A stretch of DNA of 64,000 nt from Minisyncoccota bacterium (GTDB taxonomy: Bacteria; Patescibacteriota; Minisyncoccia; Phycocordibacterales; UBA9973), in NCBI GenBank assembly GCA_031291825.1, contig JARLIG010000009.1, positions 983 through 64,982 on the forward strand, read 5' to 3'. Position 1 is the stretch's first letter, and each line of letters opens with the position of its first letter. Under the pieces are notes generated by a model. That model searched no databases, had not been told where the DNA came from, and saw only the letters and a list, made by a program, of their open reading frames with translations. Position numbers and translations under genes: made by a program. Positions 43,659-51,972 of this stretch are shown here, one piece after another.

Positions 43659-45914
43659 TTATTTAAGCATCTTCAAGAATTCTTCTTCGCTTAAAATTTT
43701 CACTCCTAATTTTTGCGCAGTCGTAAGTTTGGAACCAGCTTCTTCTCCCACTACAACATAAGAAGTATTTTTTGAAACCGAGCCGGCGACCTTGCCACCC
43801 TGTGCCAAGATGCGTTCTTTGGCTATCTCGCGAGACATCATAGAAAGGGTGCCAGTCAAAACAAAATTCATTCCCGTAAACTTTCCAGCTTTTATTTTTT
43901 CGGCTTTTTCCACCACTACACCATTTTCTTGTAATTTTTTTATAAAATTAAGATTGCCTTTATCTTTGAAAAAATCACTGACACTTTTAGAAACTGCCGG
44001 ACCGATATTTTCAATATTATCTATCTCCGATAAGTCTGAAACCGCAGCAGAGGTTAATTTTTCTAATGTTCCAAAATGACTAGCTAAATCTCGTGCCGTC
44101 TCTTCCCCTACATGCAAAATACCAAGCGCCCATAGAAATTTGGAAAATGGAATCTTCTTTTTGTTTTTTATTTCATTGACTATATTCTCTGCCGATTTTT
44201 CTCCAAAACGTTCCATCGTGGCAATATCTTCTTTTTCCAAGGTGAAAATATCCGCTGCGTCGGTAATCAAACCCTCATCTTTAAAACGTCGCAAAATTTT
44301 TGGACCAAGTTCGTATATTTCAAAAACCGCCACAAAATGTTCTAGATATCTTTCGTTTTTCGCAGGACATTTTGGATTACTGCAATAATAGGCCACTGAG
44401 AGTTCAGCCGATGGTAAATTCCGCTGCTTTCCTCCACCCTGCGGGCGGAACCTTCCGCTAGCGGAATTCTCCATCGGCTTTCCTAGAAGTGGCGAAATTG
44501 AAGATTTCTGAACAGGGAAGGTTCCATCCGAAGGATGGAGTAAACTGGAAGAAATATTTAATTTCGCCACTTCTGCACCACACACAGGACAAGAGCTCAC
44601 CATTTTGAATTTCTTTTCTTTGCCCATTCGCATTTTTGTCAGCACTTCCACAACTTTTGGAATTACATCTCCTGCCTTTTCTATCACCACAGTATCGCCG
44701 ATACGTAAATCCAATCTTTCTATTTGGTCCATATTGTGCAAGGTCGCTTTAGAGACCGTCGAACCAGCCACCACCGTCGGCTCAAAAATCGCCAGTGGCG
44801 TCAAAACACCCGTTCTTCCGACATTAACTTTTATGTCTCTCACAATGGTCGTGGCTCGCTCTGCAGGATATTTAAACGCAGCCATATATCGTGGAGCTTT
44901 ACCGACGACGCCTAAAGTTTCCTGCAATTTCAAATCATCAACTGAGATAACTATTCCGTCCGTACCATAGGGAAAATTTGGACGAATTTTTTCAAATTTT
45001 TTAATGAAGGTTATGACTTCGCTCAGATTCTTACACAAGGCATCATTTGAGTCCACTTGAAAACCTAAACTTTTTAAATACTTATGTTTATCAGAATGTC
45101 TTTGCGGAACAAGAAAAGAATTCTGAACTGAGAAAGTTTCGTTCACAGGATGTAGGAAATTTTTCCCGCTTACTCCACCCTGCGGGCGGAACCTTCCACG
45201 TGAAAAATTTCCTACATTCTGCTCCTCCATTTCCGCAATATCATAAGCAAAAAAATCTAGGTTGCGTTCTTTTGATAAGTTGGGGTCGAGCTGTCGCAAA
45301 CTTCCAGCCGCCGCATTTCGAGTATTAGCAAAAAGCGGTTTGTCCTCACGCTCCTGCTTTTTATTTAAAGCAACCAAGGTTTTCTTAGACATTATTGCTT
45401 CTCCTCTGACTTCTATGTAGGAAGGAAATGGTTTAGGTAAAACCAGCGGTATGGAATGAATGGTTTTTAAATTTTCCGTAATATCTTCTCCGATAAATCC
45501 ATCTCCTCTCGTCGCTCCACGCACAAATTTTCCATCTTCGTAAATTAAAGAAACAGCCAATCCGTCAAATTTTACTTCACAGAAATAACCAAATTTAGCA
45601 CTAGCTGGTAGAAGTTTTTTAATTCTAGTCTCCCAATCACTCAATTCCTCCTCACTAAAAACATCATTAAGGGAAAGCATTCTGGTCTTGTGTTCTACTT
45701 TCACAAACTTATCAAGCGGCTTGCCTGCGACTCTGTTTTCCTCCGCGTTAGCATCATTAAATTCTGGATAAATTTTTAAAAATTCTTTGAGTTCGCGAGT
45801 CAGAGAATCATAGACATCATCCGTCCCTATATCCTTCACATGATAGGAAAAACGCAGACGCGCTATTTCCTCCCGCAATTTTTTTATTCTCTTTTGAGCT
45901 TCAGATTTATTCAT
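43659..45914 (-). CDS. ligA: NAD-dependent DNA ligase LigA carrying three in-frame palindromic-element insertions (two inside the Zn-finger loop)
   Basis: KxDG adenylation motif (CEVKFDGLAVSLIYEDG), OB fold, CPVCGAEV...CSNPKCPA zinc finger, HhH repeats, C-terminal BRCT. Confidence 0.9.
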   Translation of the reverse strand: MNKSEAQKRIKKLREEIARLRFSYHVKDIGTDDVYDSLTRELKEFLKIYPEFNDANAEENRVAGKPLDKFVKVEHKTRMLSLNDVFSEEELSDWETRIKKLLPASAKFGYFCEVKFDGLAVSLIYEDGKFVRGATRGDGFIGEDITENLKTIHSIPLVLPKPFPSYIEVRGEAIMSKKTLVALNKKQEREDKPLFANTRNAAAGSLRQLDPNLSKERNLDFFAYDIAEMEEQNVGNFSRGRFRPQGGVSGKNFLHPVNETFSVQNSFLVPQRHSDKHKYLKSLGFQVDSNDALCKNLSEVITFIKKFEKIRPNFPYGTDGIVISVDDLKLQETLGVVGKAPRYMAAFKYPAERATTIVRDIKVNVGRTGVLTPLAIFEPTVVAGSTVSKATLHNMDQIERLDLRIGDTVVIEKAGDVIPKVVEVLTKMRMGKEKKFKMVSSCPVCGAEVAKLNISSSLLHPSDGTFPVQKSSISPLLGKPMENSASGRFRPQGGGKQRNLPSAELSVAYYCSNPKCPAKNERYLEHFVAVFEIYELGPKILRRFKDEGLITDAADIFTLEKEDIATMERFGEKSAENIVNEIKNKKKIPFSKFLWALGILHVGEETARDLASHFGTLEKLTSAAVSDLSEIDNIENIGPAVSKSVSDFFKDKGNLNFIKKLQENGVVVEKAEKIKAGKFTGMNFVLTGTLSMMSREIAKERILAQGGKVAGSVSKNTSYVVVGEEAGSKLTTAQKLGVKILSEEEFLKMLK
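44404..44481. mobile_element. Palindromic GC-rich element, copy 3 (core B ctccaccctgcgggcggaaccttcc, the reverse-orientation variant of core A; arms agccgatggtaaattccgc / gcggaattctccatcggct), in frame within ligA
   Basis: Inverted arms are seen directly. The core is the reverse complement of core A apart from ~5 substitutions. It encodes GRFRPQGG. Confidence 0.7.
44486..44573. mobile_element. Palindromic GC-rich element, copy 4 (core A variant ggaaggttccatccgaaggatggagtaa; arms gaagtggcgaaatt / aatttcgccacttc), in frame within ligA, adjacent to copy 3
   Basis: Encodes LLHPSDGTF. Together with copy 3 it adds ~55 aa between the CPVC and CSNPKC pairs of the LigA zinc finger. Confidence 0.7.
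45146..45221. mobile_element. Palindromic GC-rich element, copy 5 (core B; arms caggatgtaggaaatttttc / gaaaaatttcctacattctg), in frame within ligA
   Basis: Encodes a second GRFRPQGG peptide ~245 aa into LigA. Confidence 0.7.
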
Positions 45915-45936
45915 CCCGTTAGAAATTTACCACAAA

Positions 45937-46446
45937 TTAATAAGTAGTGGTCAGTTCGCGGGCTACCGAACCAGCTGGTCCAAGACAGGAACTACCTCCA
46001 ATATTATAACCACTAGCACTAACGGTAGTATGGGGAGAGTTAGTTTTTTTATCTACTTTCACAGCAACACATCCATTACCAGTACTACCAAGACCCGAAA
46101 TAATGAAATTCCAGACCAATGAACCTGAGCCAGCTTCGTTTGCTGTCACAGTACTATTGTTACAAGTGATCTGGGGATTATTACCATCAACAAAAGCCAC
46201 CACAGAGCCATAAGGATTATCGCCATTTGGGTTATCATAAAAAAGCGCACATTCCACACCAGTATCAGCGGCAAAAAAAGCATCATTAGTGTCTATCGCC
46301 GAAGTACTAAAATTATTTTCTTTCAAAGCGATTTGGCCCACACCGAGCGCGATTGATAAAAAAATAGCCGCCAAGGTAACCGCAAAGAGTAACACGAATC
46401 CCCTATTTTCTTTTATTTTTTTAAAAATCATAATAATTAATACCAA
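45937..46446 (-). CDS. Type IV pilus minor pilin-like protein (PilX-like; hydrophobic N-terminus, Cys pair in the C-terminal domain)
   Basis: N-terminal RGFVLLFAVTLAAIFLSIAL helix, last gene of the minor-pilin operon. Lacks the canonical GFTLxE. Confidence 0.45.
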   Translation of the reverse strand: MVLIIMIFKKIKENRGFVLLFAVTLAAIFLSIALGVGQIALKENNFSTSAIDTNDAFFAADTGVECALFYDNPNGDNPYGSVVAFVDGNNPQITCNNSTVTANEAGSGSLVWNFIISGLGSTGNGCVAVKVDKKTNSPHTTVSASGYNIGGSSCLGPAGSVARELTTTY

Positions 46447-47105
46447 TCAAATAAATTCTCAGAGAGAGTCGTACTAAAATTTTTCGTCCCTTGCTTCCAG
46501 TAAACGATAGCGGAAACTTCTATTTCATTTGGGCTGATTGGGGTCATTTGAATTTGTCGAATAAAACCAGACGGAGAGTCTCCTGCGATTGGACTACTAC
46601 TGCTATAGTATGAACCTGTCGCTGAATGGTAATACAAAATACCGTTAATTGCGCCACTAGCGCAATTAGAGACAGAACAAGTATGGATACTTAAATTATT
46701 CATCGGCCAATTTGATGGACTATTGACAATTACACCCGTACTATCAAAGGTACATTCGTTACTACTGGCACATATAGTATTACCCATAGAACCGCCAATA
46801 GTTTTATTTTCAAAATTAACCCAGCCGAGCGTACTCGGAGACTGTGAATCATAGAAAACATAATCATCACGCAGATTTCTTATATATTCAATTCCCTCTT
46901 GCGCCAAATATCCAGCAATCATTTTATTTTTGGCATACGTTGTGTTGGTAATACCTGTAGCCATAACCGACAATAATCCTAGAATTGACATAGAAAAAAT
47001 CGCGATTGCCACCAGCGTTTCCACCAATGTAAATCCGCCTTGACTCGCTTTCGCTCGCTCTTGCGAGACAGTTCTTCTCTTTTTTTGTATAAATTTCTTT
47101 TTCAT
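46437..47105 (-). CDS. Type IV pilus minor pilin (PilV-like) with a prepilin N-methylation motif
   Basis: GGFTLVETLVAIAIFS class-III signal. Confidence 0.65.
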   Translation of the reverse strand: MKKKFIQKKRRTVSQERAKASQGGFTLVETLVAIAIFSMSILGLLSVMATGITNTTYAKNKMIAGYLAQEGIEYIRNLRDDYVFYDSQSPSTLGWVNFENKTIGGSMGNTICASSNECTFDSTGVIVNSPSNWPMNNLSIHTCSVSNCASGAINGILYYHSATGSYYSSSSPIAGDSPSGFIRQIQMTPISPNEIEVSAIVYWKQGTKNFSTTLSENLFDWY

Positions 47106-47108
47106 ATC

Positions 47109-47798
47109 TTATATATCTGTGGCTCTCTGGGAAACAGATGTTTGCAGAGAAAAAGGCGTAACAATTGGATTGTTTTTATTAGGAGCATAAGTTATTGTTC
47201 CAACTAAATGAATAATTACAAAAGGCTGTTGATAGTCACCAGACGAAGGAGATTCAGCGCCCAAGACTGAAAAACTAGAAGCGGAAGTATCGATAGTCAC
47301 TTCGGCTGGGGTTAATTGAACAAAAGTTTGTCCTCCGTCTGTTGATTTTGAAATCATTCCATTGTGAATGAGGTAAGCCCATTGGTCAGCTATGGCAGGA
47401 CACAGGCCTAAAGCAAAATTTGAGGCAGAGCAACCATAACTATTAGGATTACCATTTGCTGGTTCAAAAGCTAAGGCCCAACCACTTGGACAACTTCTAG
47501 GATAACCAGCGCTAGTAGTAGATAAAGAAACAGTGGGGTGTGATGAATCAAAACATTGATAATTATATCCAGTTCTTAAATTCCTAGACATATCTTCGAT
47601 GGTAAAACTCAGATTGTCCATAATTGAACGCATGTCTTTAGACTTATTGTAAAGCGCATTAGCGTTCAACAAAGCACCCATGCCGATAGTGACCACAACA
47701 ATAAAAAGCGCCACCGCGATTAGTGTTTCTATCAATGTATAACCTTTATTTTTTTGCTTGCCCCGCCATGGCGGGGTGAAGTTGAAATTTTTTTTCAT
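47109..47798 (-). CDS. Type IV pilus minor pilin (PilW-like)
   Basis: KGYTLIETLIAVALFIVVV prepilin motif. Confidence 0.65.
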   Translation of the reverse strand: MKKNFNFTPPWRGKQKNKGYTLIETLIAVALFIVVVTIGMGALLNANALYNKSKDMRSIMDNLSFTIEDMSRNLRTGYNYQCFDSSHPTVSLSTTSAGYPRSCPSGWALAFEPANGNPNSYGCSASNFALGLCPAIADQWAYLIHNGMISKSTDGGQTFVQLTPAEVTIDTSASSFSVLGAESPSSGDYQQPFVIIHLVGTITYAPNKNNPIVTPFSLQTSVSQRATDI

Positions 47799-47799
47799 A

Positions 47800-48438
47800 T
47801 TATGAATTTATTTGCACTCGACCGGAAGGATATAAATCTATCGAGGAAGAAACTCCAGTAGTACTTAGAAGTGTGATTTCTATATAAGAAACACCCGTCA
47901 ATTGAACACCGCCTGAATATAAAACTGCACCCGAATTTGGTCTAGCAAAAGTAATAGTTAGATTTGGAATTGAATTAGAACTAGAAGCATAAAAAACTTC
48001 GATATTGGAAATACTATTATTATTTGTAATAGTATATTTACTTATACATTCTTTATTTATGGTGGGTGGACAAGTTGATCCATCGAATTGATTATCTTGA
48101 TTGAGATCAACAAAATATATAAAATCTTTACTATCAGCACCCTTGATATCAGTTGCACTAGCAGAACTAAAATAAACACCATAAGATGGTTTCCAGTTCG
48201 ATGAAGATGTTTGAGCCGGCAATAAACCAGACAATGAAGCATTTTGCGCTCCGACAACCTGCAAGGCTACATCATTGGCTAGATTTGTAAGATTAATTTT
48301 TGCTTGTAAACCACCATAATTAAAAATAGCCACTGTTGCCAAAATTCCAAAAATTCCAAGCACAACCAACAATTCTAGCAAGGTCATCCCCGACTGAGAA
48401 TTACGAATTACGAATTTAGAATTACGAATTTTTTTCAT
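47800..48438 (-). CDS. Type IV pilus minor pilin (FimT/GspH-like) with a tandem-duplicated leader peptide
   Basis: SGMTLLELLVVLGIFGILA prepilin motif preceded by the leader MKKIRNSKFVIRNSQ. That leader is encoded by the gaattacgaatt tandem repeats at 48395-48430. Confidence 0.6.
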   Translation of the reverse strand: MKKIRNSKFVIRNSQSGMTLLELLVVLGIFGILATVAIFNYGGLQAKINLTNLANDVALQVVGAQNASLSGLLPAQTSSSNWKPSYGVYFSSASATDIKGADSKDFIYFVDLNQDNQFDGSTCPPTINKECISKYTITNNNSISNIEVFYASSSNSIPNLTITFARPNSGAVLYSGGVQLTGVSYIEITLLSTTGVSSSIDLYPSGRVQINS

Positions 48439-48451
48439 GATATTTATTCAA

Positions 48452-49303
48452 CTAAAAAAGATGTAGTTCAAAGAAAAATGCCAGTAACGTGCCGAGCACT
48501 AAATAAGGGGCAAAAGGAATTTCGCTTTTCATTCCGTGTTTTTTGGAAAAAATAACCAACGCAATACCGACGACAGCTCCAATCCAGAAAGCAAGAACTA
48601 CTCCAGAAAGAGCACATGACAATCCAAGCAACCAACCAATGCTAATAGCCAGCTTCGCATCTCCAAGCCCCATCCATTTACCCGCAGAAACCAACCAGAA
48701 TAAAGCAAACGGAGCTGCAATAAACAGACCTGAAGCAAATTCTAAGATTGAAGGAATGTGGGGATAAAAACCAGAAGTATTAAAGAAAAATAGTCCAACG
48801 AAGGACAAAATTCCCAGAGCAATCGCCAGAGTGTCTGGAATTATTTTATGCCTGATATCGTATACCGCAATTACGAGCATCAATGAAAAGGCAGCCGCAA
48901 AATACGCATAAGTAAAACTAAATACTAAAGTCTGTCCATAAAAGAAAACATTTTGAAACTTTAAAAAGAGCGCCGCAAAAATAAAACCAGTAATTAGTTC
49001 AACGATGGGATATTGAATGGAGATATTAGCTTTACATTTTCGGCACCTACCTCGTAACCCCAAAAAACTAAAAACGGGTATTAACTCAAACCAAGAAAGC
49101 TGGTTCATGCAAGTCATACATCCACTTCTACCTCCGAAGGAACGTTCGGTGTTCAACCTTAGAATAACCACATTCAAAAAGCTTCCGATAATCAGACCCA
49201 ACACCAAGAATATTAAAGTAAAAATGGTAACCATAAAAAAGAAATTCAAGTATAAAATTAAGACTAATACATTGAATATTATAGCACACACCCTTAAATA
49301 CAA
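48452..49303 (-). CDS. pilD: Prepilin peptidase PilD (A24 family)
   Basis: GSFLNVVILRL ... RSGCMTCMNQL ... GRCRKCKANISIQYPIVEL zinc-binding and N-terminal motifs. Confidence 0.85.
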   Translation of the reverse strand: MYLRVCAIIFNVLVLILYLNFFFMVTIFTLIFLVLGLIIGSFLNVVILRLNTERSFGGRSGCMTCMNQLSWFELIPVFSFLGLRGRCRKCKANISIQYPIVELITGFIFAALFLKFQNVFFYGQTLVFSFTYAYFAAAFSLMLVIAVYDIRHKIIPDTLAIALGILSFVGLFFFNTSGFYPHIPSILEFASGLFIAAPFALFWLVSAGKWMGLGDAKLAISIGWLLGLSCALSGVVLAFWIGAVVGIALVIFSKKHGMKSEIPFAPYLVLGTLLAFFFELHLF

Positions 49304-49345
49304 AAACCACTCAAGTCGGAGTGATTTTTGTATTTAGATAATTAT
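49304..49345 (-). terminator. Hairpin + T-run between pilA and pilD (partial terminator/attenuator)
   Basis: On the minus strand, aaaaatcactccgacttgagtggttttt is followed by gtatttaag. Confidence 0.4.
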
Positions 49346-49358
49346 TATTCAATAAATA

Positions 49359-49910
49359 TTATGTTCCACAAACACTACCGGAAACATCAGCATTTAATAA
49401 TGCTTGAGTATAAGCAGTACCACTAGGAGCAGTACCTGAAGCATATATTTCCTTAGAATTTCCCGAACTATCGACACACCAAGCAGTGCTGGTATCAGAT
49501 TTTAATTGAACTGCTGCTGCCCAAGCAGTTCCACTAGCTGGCTGTATGCATGCAGAGAAAGTACCGCCTGAATTAAGAGCCGAAGCAACTATACTAACAA
49601 ATTTTGCATCACCAAAAATATCTGTACCGCTGGCTGTTGATGGGCAAGTCCCGACAGCGTGCGCCACAACCGTACCGCAATTAACTCCGCTAGCTCCATA
49701 ACAACCATTACTACTATACAGAAGCTCTGCTTGGGAACGTAACTCTGTTAAGCTTGCTTTAACTGCCGCATCGTTACCTTTACTTCGAGCGTTATTCAGC
49801 GATGCTAAAATGACAGAAGCCAAGATACCGATGATAGCCACAACAACCAAGAGTTCAATCAAGGTGAAACCCAACTTAGAACCTTGGCTAAAATTATTTT
49901 TCATAAACAA
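49359..49910 (-). CDS. pilA: Type IV major pilin PilA, paralog 1
   Basis: KLGFTLIELLVVVAIIGILASVILASLNNARSKG class-III signal and N-terminal helix; Cys pair in the C-terminal domain. Confidence 0.8.
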   Translation of the reverse strand: MFMKNNFSQGSKLGFTLIELLVVVAIIGILASVILASLNNARSKGNDAAVKASLTELRSQAELLYSSNGCYGASGVNCGTVVAHAVGTCPSTASGTDIFGDAKFVSIVASALNSGGTFSACIQPASGTAWAAAVQLKSDTSTAWCVDSSGNSKEIYASGTAPSGTAYTQALLNADVSGSVCGT

Positions 49911-49939
49911 TAAGATATTTAATAATAATTAAATCTTTT

Positions 49940-49975
49940 AAACTCGTTCATTATACCACAAACCATAAATAACAA
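49940..49975 (-). promoter_or_regulatory. Extended -10 promoter (TGgTATAAT) for pilA paralog 1
   Basis: On the minus strand, tgtggtataatg (TATAAT = reverse complement of 49949-49954) lies ~40 nt upstream of the pilin start. Confidence 0.4.
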
Positions 49976-49984
49976 AACCACTCC

Positions 49985-50022
49985 GAGCCGAAGCTGGGAG
50001 TGGTTTTGTTATAAAAGACTTT
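49985..50022 (-). terminator. Bidirectional intrinsic terminator after pilA paralog 2 (9-bp stem aaccactcc/ggagtggtt + T-tracts)
   Basis: Seen directly; U-runs on both strands. Confidence 0.55.
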
Positions 50023-50032
50023 ATCTAAAAGA

Positions 50033-50542
50033 TTATAGACAAACTAATTTACCTGAGATACCAGCGGTTGTTGTTCCCTTGGTTGTCACGGTTTCTTGTT
50101 TTGAATCCCCAGCTGAATCAACGCACCAAGCTGTTAGACCAGTAGTGTCACTCTTTAATATTCCTTCTATTGCAAACAATTGATCAGTAGCAGCTCCCGT
50201 AACTGCATAACCTGACTGTGCAGCTGCTTGCTTCAAAGCATTCTGTATCACAGTATCGCCAAAGACGTTACCAGTACAAGTTGTTAAAGTCCCAGCAGCA
50301 GCCACACTACAATCAACCTCTGTTGTGGCACCAGAAACGTTGTAACTAGAAGGAGTTGTTGAATCATAATCAAGCGCAGCTTGAGCACGCATGTTATCCA
50401 AATCCGACTTTATAGCCGCATCAGCACCCTTTGAACGAGCAGTGTTGAGAGATGCCAACACAACTGAAGCCAAGATACCGATGATAGCGACAACAACCAA
50501 GAGTTCGATAAGCGTGAAACCTTTCTTTAAATTCTTTTTCAT
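50033..50542 (-). CDS. pilA: Type IV major pilin PilA, paralog 2 (start corrected to MKKNLKKGFTLIEL)
   Basis: KKGFTLIELLVVVAIIGILASVVLASLNTARSKG. The ORF-track N-terminal extension (to 50716) runs through a GC hairpin and lacks pilin features. Confidence 0.8.
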   Translation of the reverse strand: MKKNLKKGFTLIELLVVVAIIGILASVVLASLNTARSKGADAAIKSDLDNMRAQAALDYDSTTPSSYNVSGATTEVDCSVAAAGTLTTCTGNVFGDTVIQNALKQAAAQSGYAVTGAATDQLFAIEGILKSDTTGLTAWCVDSAGDSKQETVTTKGTTTAGISGKLVCL

Positions 50543-50556
50543 ACTTTTTTGTTTAC

Positions 50557-50571
50557 CCCGCCCCGCGGGGC
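50557..50571. repeat. GC palindrome ccccgc-cc-gcgggg in the pilA2 5' leader
   Basis: Seen directly, 15 nt upstream of the pilin ATG. Confidence 0.4.
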
Positions 50572-50685
50572 AAGTTAATAATAATTTATAATAATAATGT
50601 CGACTTATTTTTAATACCGTTATTATATCATATGAATAATAATATATATGCAAGAAAGTTATCCACAGGGTAATTTTCGTGCCAG

Positions 50686-50722
50686 ACCGTTGGACATCTG
50701 CCTTGCAGGTGTCCAACGTCTT
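50686..50722. repeat. Hairpin element gaccgttggacatctgcc-ttgc-aggtgtccaacgtc, 3' of pilC. Copy 1 of a repeat also found at 63897-63941
   Basis: Inverted repeat seen directly; shares gttggacatct...aggtgt.caacgtct with the 63.9-kb copy. Confidence 0.55.
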
Positions 50723-51930
50723 TAGCTAATACTACTAGACATATTGTAAATCGGTCCCAAAACAGACACACAGAGTATCCCGACACCGACACCGAGCACC
50801 ACAATCATCACTGGCTCGATGAGTCCGACGAGCGTATCTACCGCCCCATCAACTTCACGCGCATAGAAAAGTGTTAAAGTTTGCAAAATATTCCCCAGAG
50901 AACCAGTCTCTTCACCAACCGCCACCATTTGCACTAAAATCGGAGGAATATGGTCTCTATGTTTTTCAAATGCCACAGATAGAGATAAACCTGATTTTAC
51001 TCCATCCGCTACTTCTTCTAGTAAATGTTTATAAACCAAAGAACCCACAACTTGTGAGGTGATATCCAATGCTCGAACAATCGGCACACCAGAAGAAAGC
51101 ATTGTATTTAAGTTATCGGTTATTCGAGAAAGATAAAGTTTGGCATACAAATTACCAATAACGGGAGTAGAAAGTTTTAAAGTATCAAGATATACTTGTC
51201 CTTTTGGAGTAGAAGCTAATCGCCAAACCCAGATTGCTGCAAGAACTAGAATAATTAAAACGAAGATACCATAGTGTATAAACAAACCTGAAATATCAAT
51301 AACAATTTGCGTGAAAAATGGCACTGCCTGACCAGAACCTTCGATGATGGTAGCTAACTGCGGAATAACCATAGTAAACATCAGAGTCATAACCACAAAG
51401 AAAACCAAAATAACGAACGCTGGATAAATAAGTGCATTTTTAGTCTTGGAAGTGAGAGCATACTGACGGTCTAAATAATCCGCTAAATGTAAAAAGGTCT
51501 GATTAAGTTTTCCTGTCTCTTCACCGACTTTCACCATATTCACATAAAAATCAGAAAATACGTCTGGATGTTTAGCTAAAGCGCCAGAGATAGAAACTCC
51601 AGACTGCAAATCATCCCCTATTTGCGTGAGCTTCAATCCAAGTAATTTATTCTCGCTGTTTGCGGCAAGCATCGTAAAAGCTTTTAAGGCAGAAACTTGC
51701 GCTTCAAATAAGGTCGCAATCTGACGGGAAAAAACCACCACATCTTTTGGTTTGACTTTATCAAAGAAAGAAATGTCAAAGATAGATTTTTTTTCAGACT
51801 CTTCTTTAATAGAGATTACTACCAAGCCTCGGCGCTGAAGCCCAGCAATTGCAATATCACGAGTTGGCGCGTCAATTTCGCCCTCTTTACTAACCCCCTT
51901 ATCATCAATTGATTTATATTTGAATAACAT
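50722..51930 (-). CDS. pilC: Type IV pilus assembly platform protein PilC (GspF family)
   Basis: Duplicated GspF domains, 3 TM helices, 402 aa. Confidence 0.88.
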   Translation of the reverse strand: MLFKYKSIDDKGVSKEGEIDAPTRDIAIAGLQRRGLVVISIKEESEKKSIFDISFFDKVKPKDVVVFSRQIATLFEAQVSALKAFTMLAANSENKLLGLKLTQIGDDLQSGVSISGALAKHPDVFSDFYVNMVKVGEETGKLNQTFLHLADYLDRQYALTSKTKNALIYPAFVILVFFVVMTLMFTMVIPQLATIIEGSGQAVPFFTQIVIDISGLFIHYGIFVLIILVLAAIWVWRLASTPKGQVYLDTLKLSTPVIGNLYAKLYLSRITDNLNTMLSSGVPIVRALDITSQVVGSLVYKHLLEEVADGVKSGLSLSVAFEKHRDHIPPILVQMVAVGEETGSLGNILQTLTLFYAREVDGAVDTLVGLIEPVMIVVLGVGVGILCVSVLGPIYNMSSSIS

Positions 51931-51972
51931 TTTTAAGTTGAAAGTTTATAAAGTTCTTAAAGTTATAAAGTA

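Noticed and set aside
36342-45221. CRISPR array interpretation of the recurring GC-rich repeats
   Set aside because: The repeats are not regularly spaced, they lie inside protein-coding genes, the units are themselves internally palindromic with variable arms, and no cas genes are present. Dispersed palindromic elements fit better.
50543-50716. 58-aa N-terminal extension on pilA paralog 2 and 72-aa extension on pilM (58136-58351)
   Set aside because: Type IV prepilins have short leaders ending ...KGFTLIEL, so the true pilA2 start is MKKNLKKGF. The pilM extension overlaps comFC on the opposite strand and lacks PilM homology.
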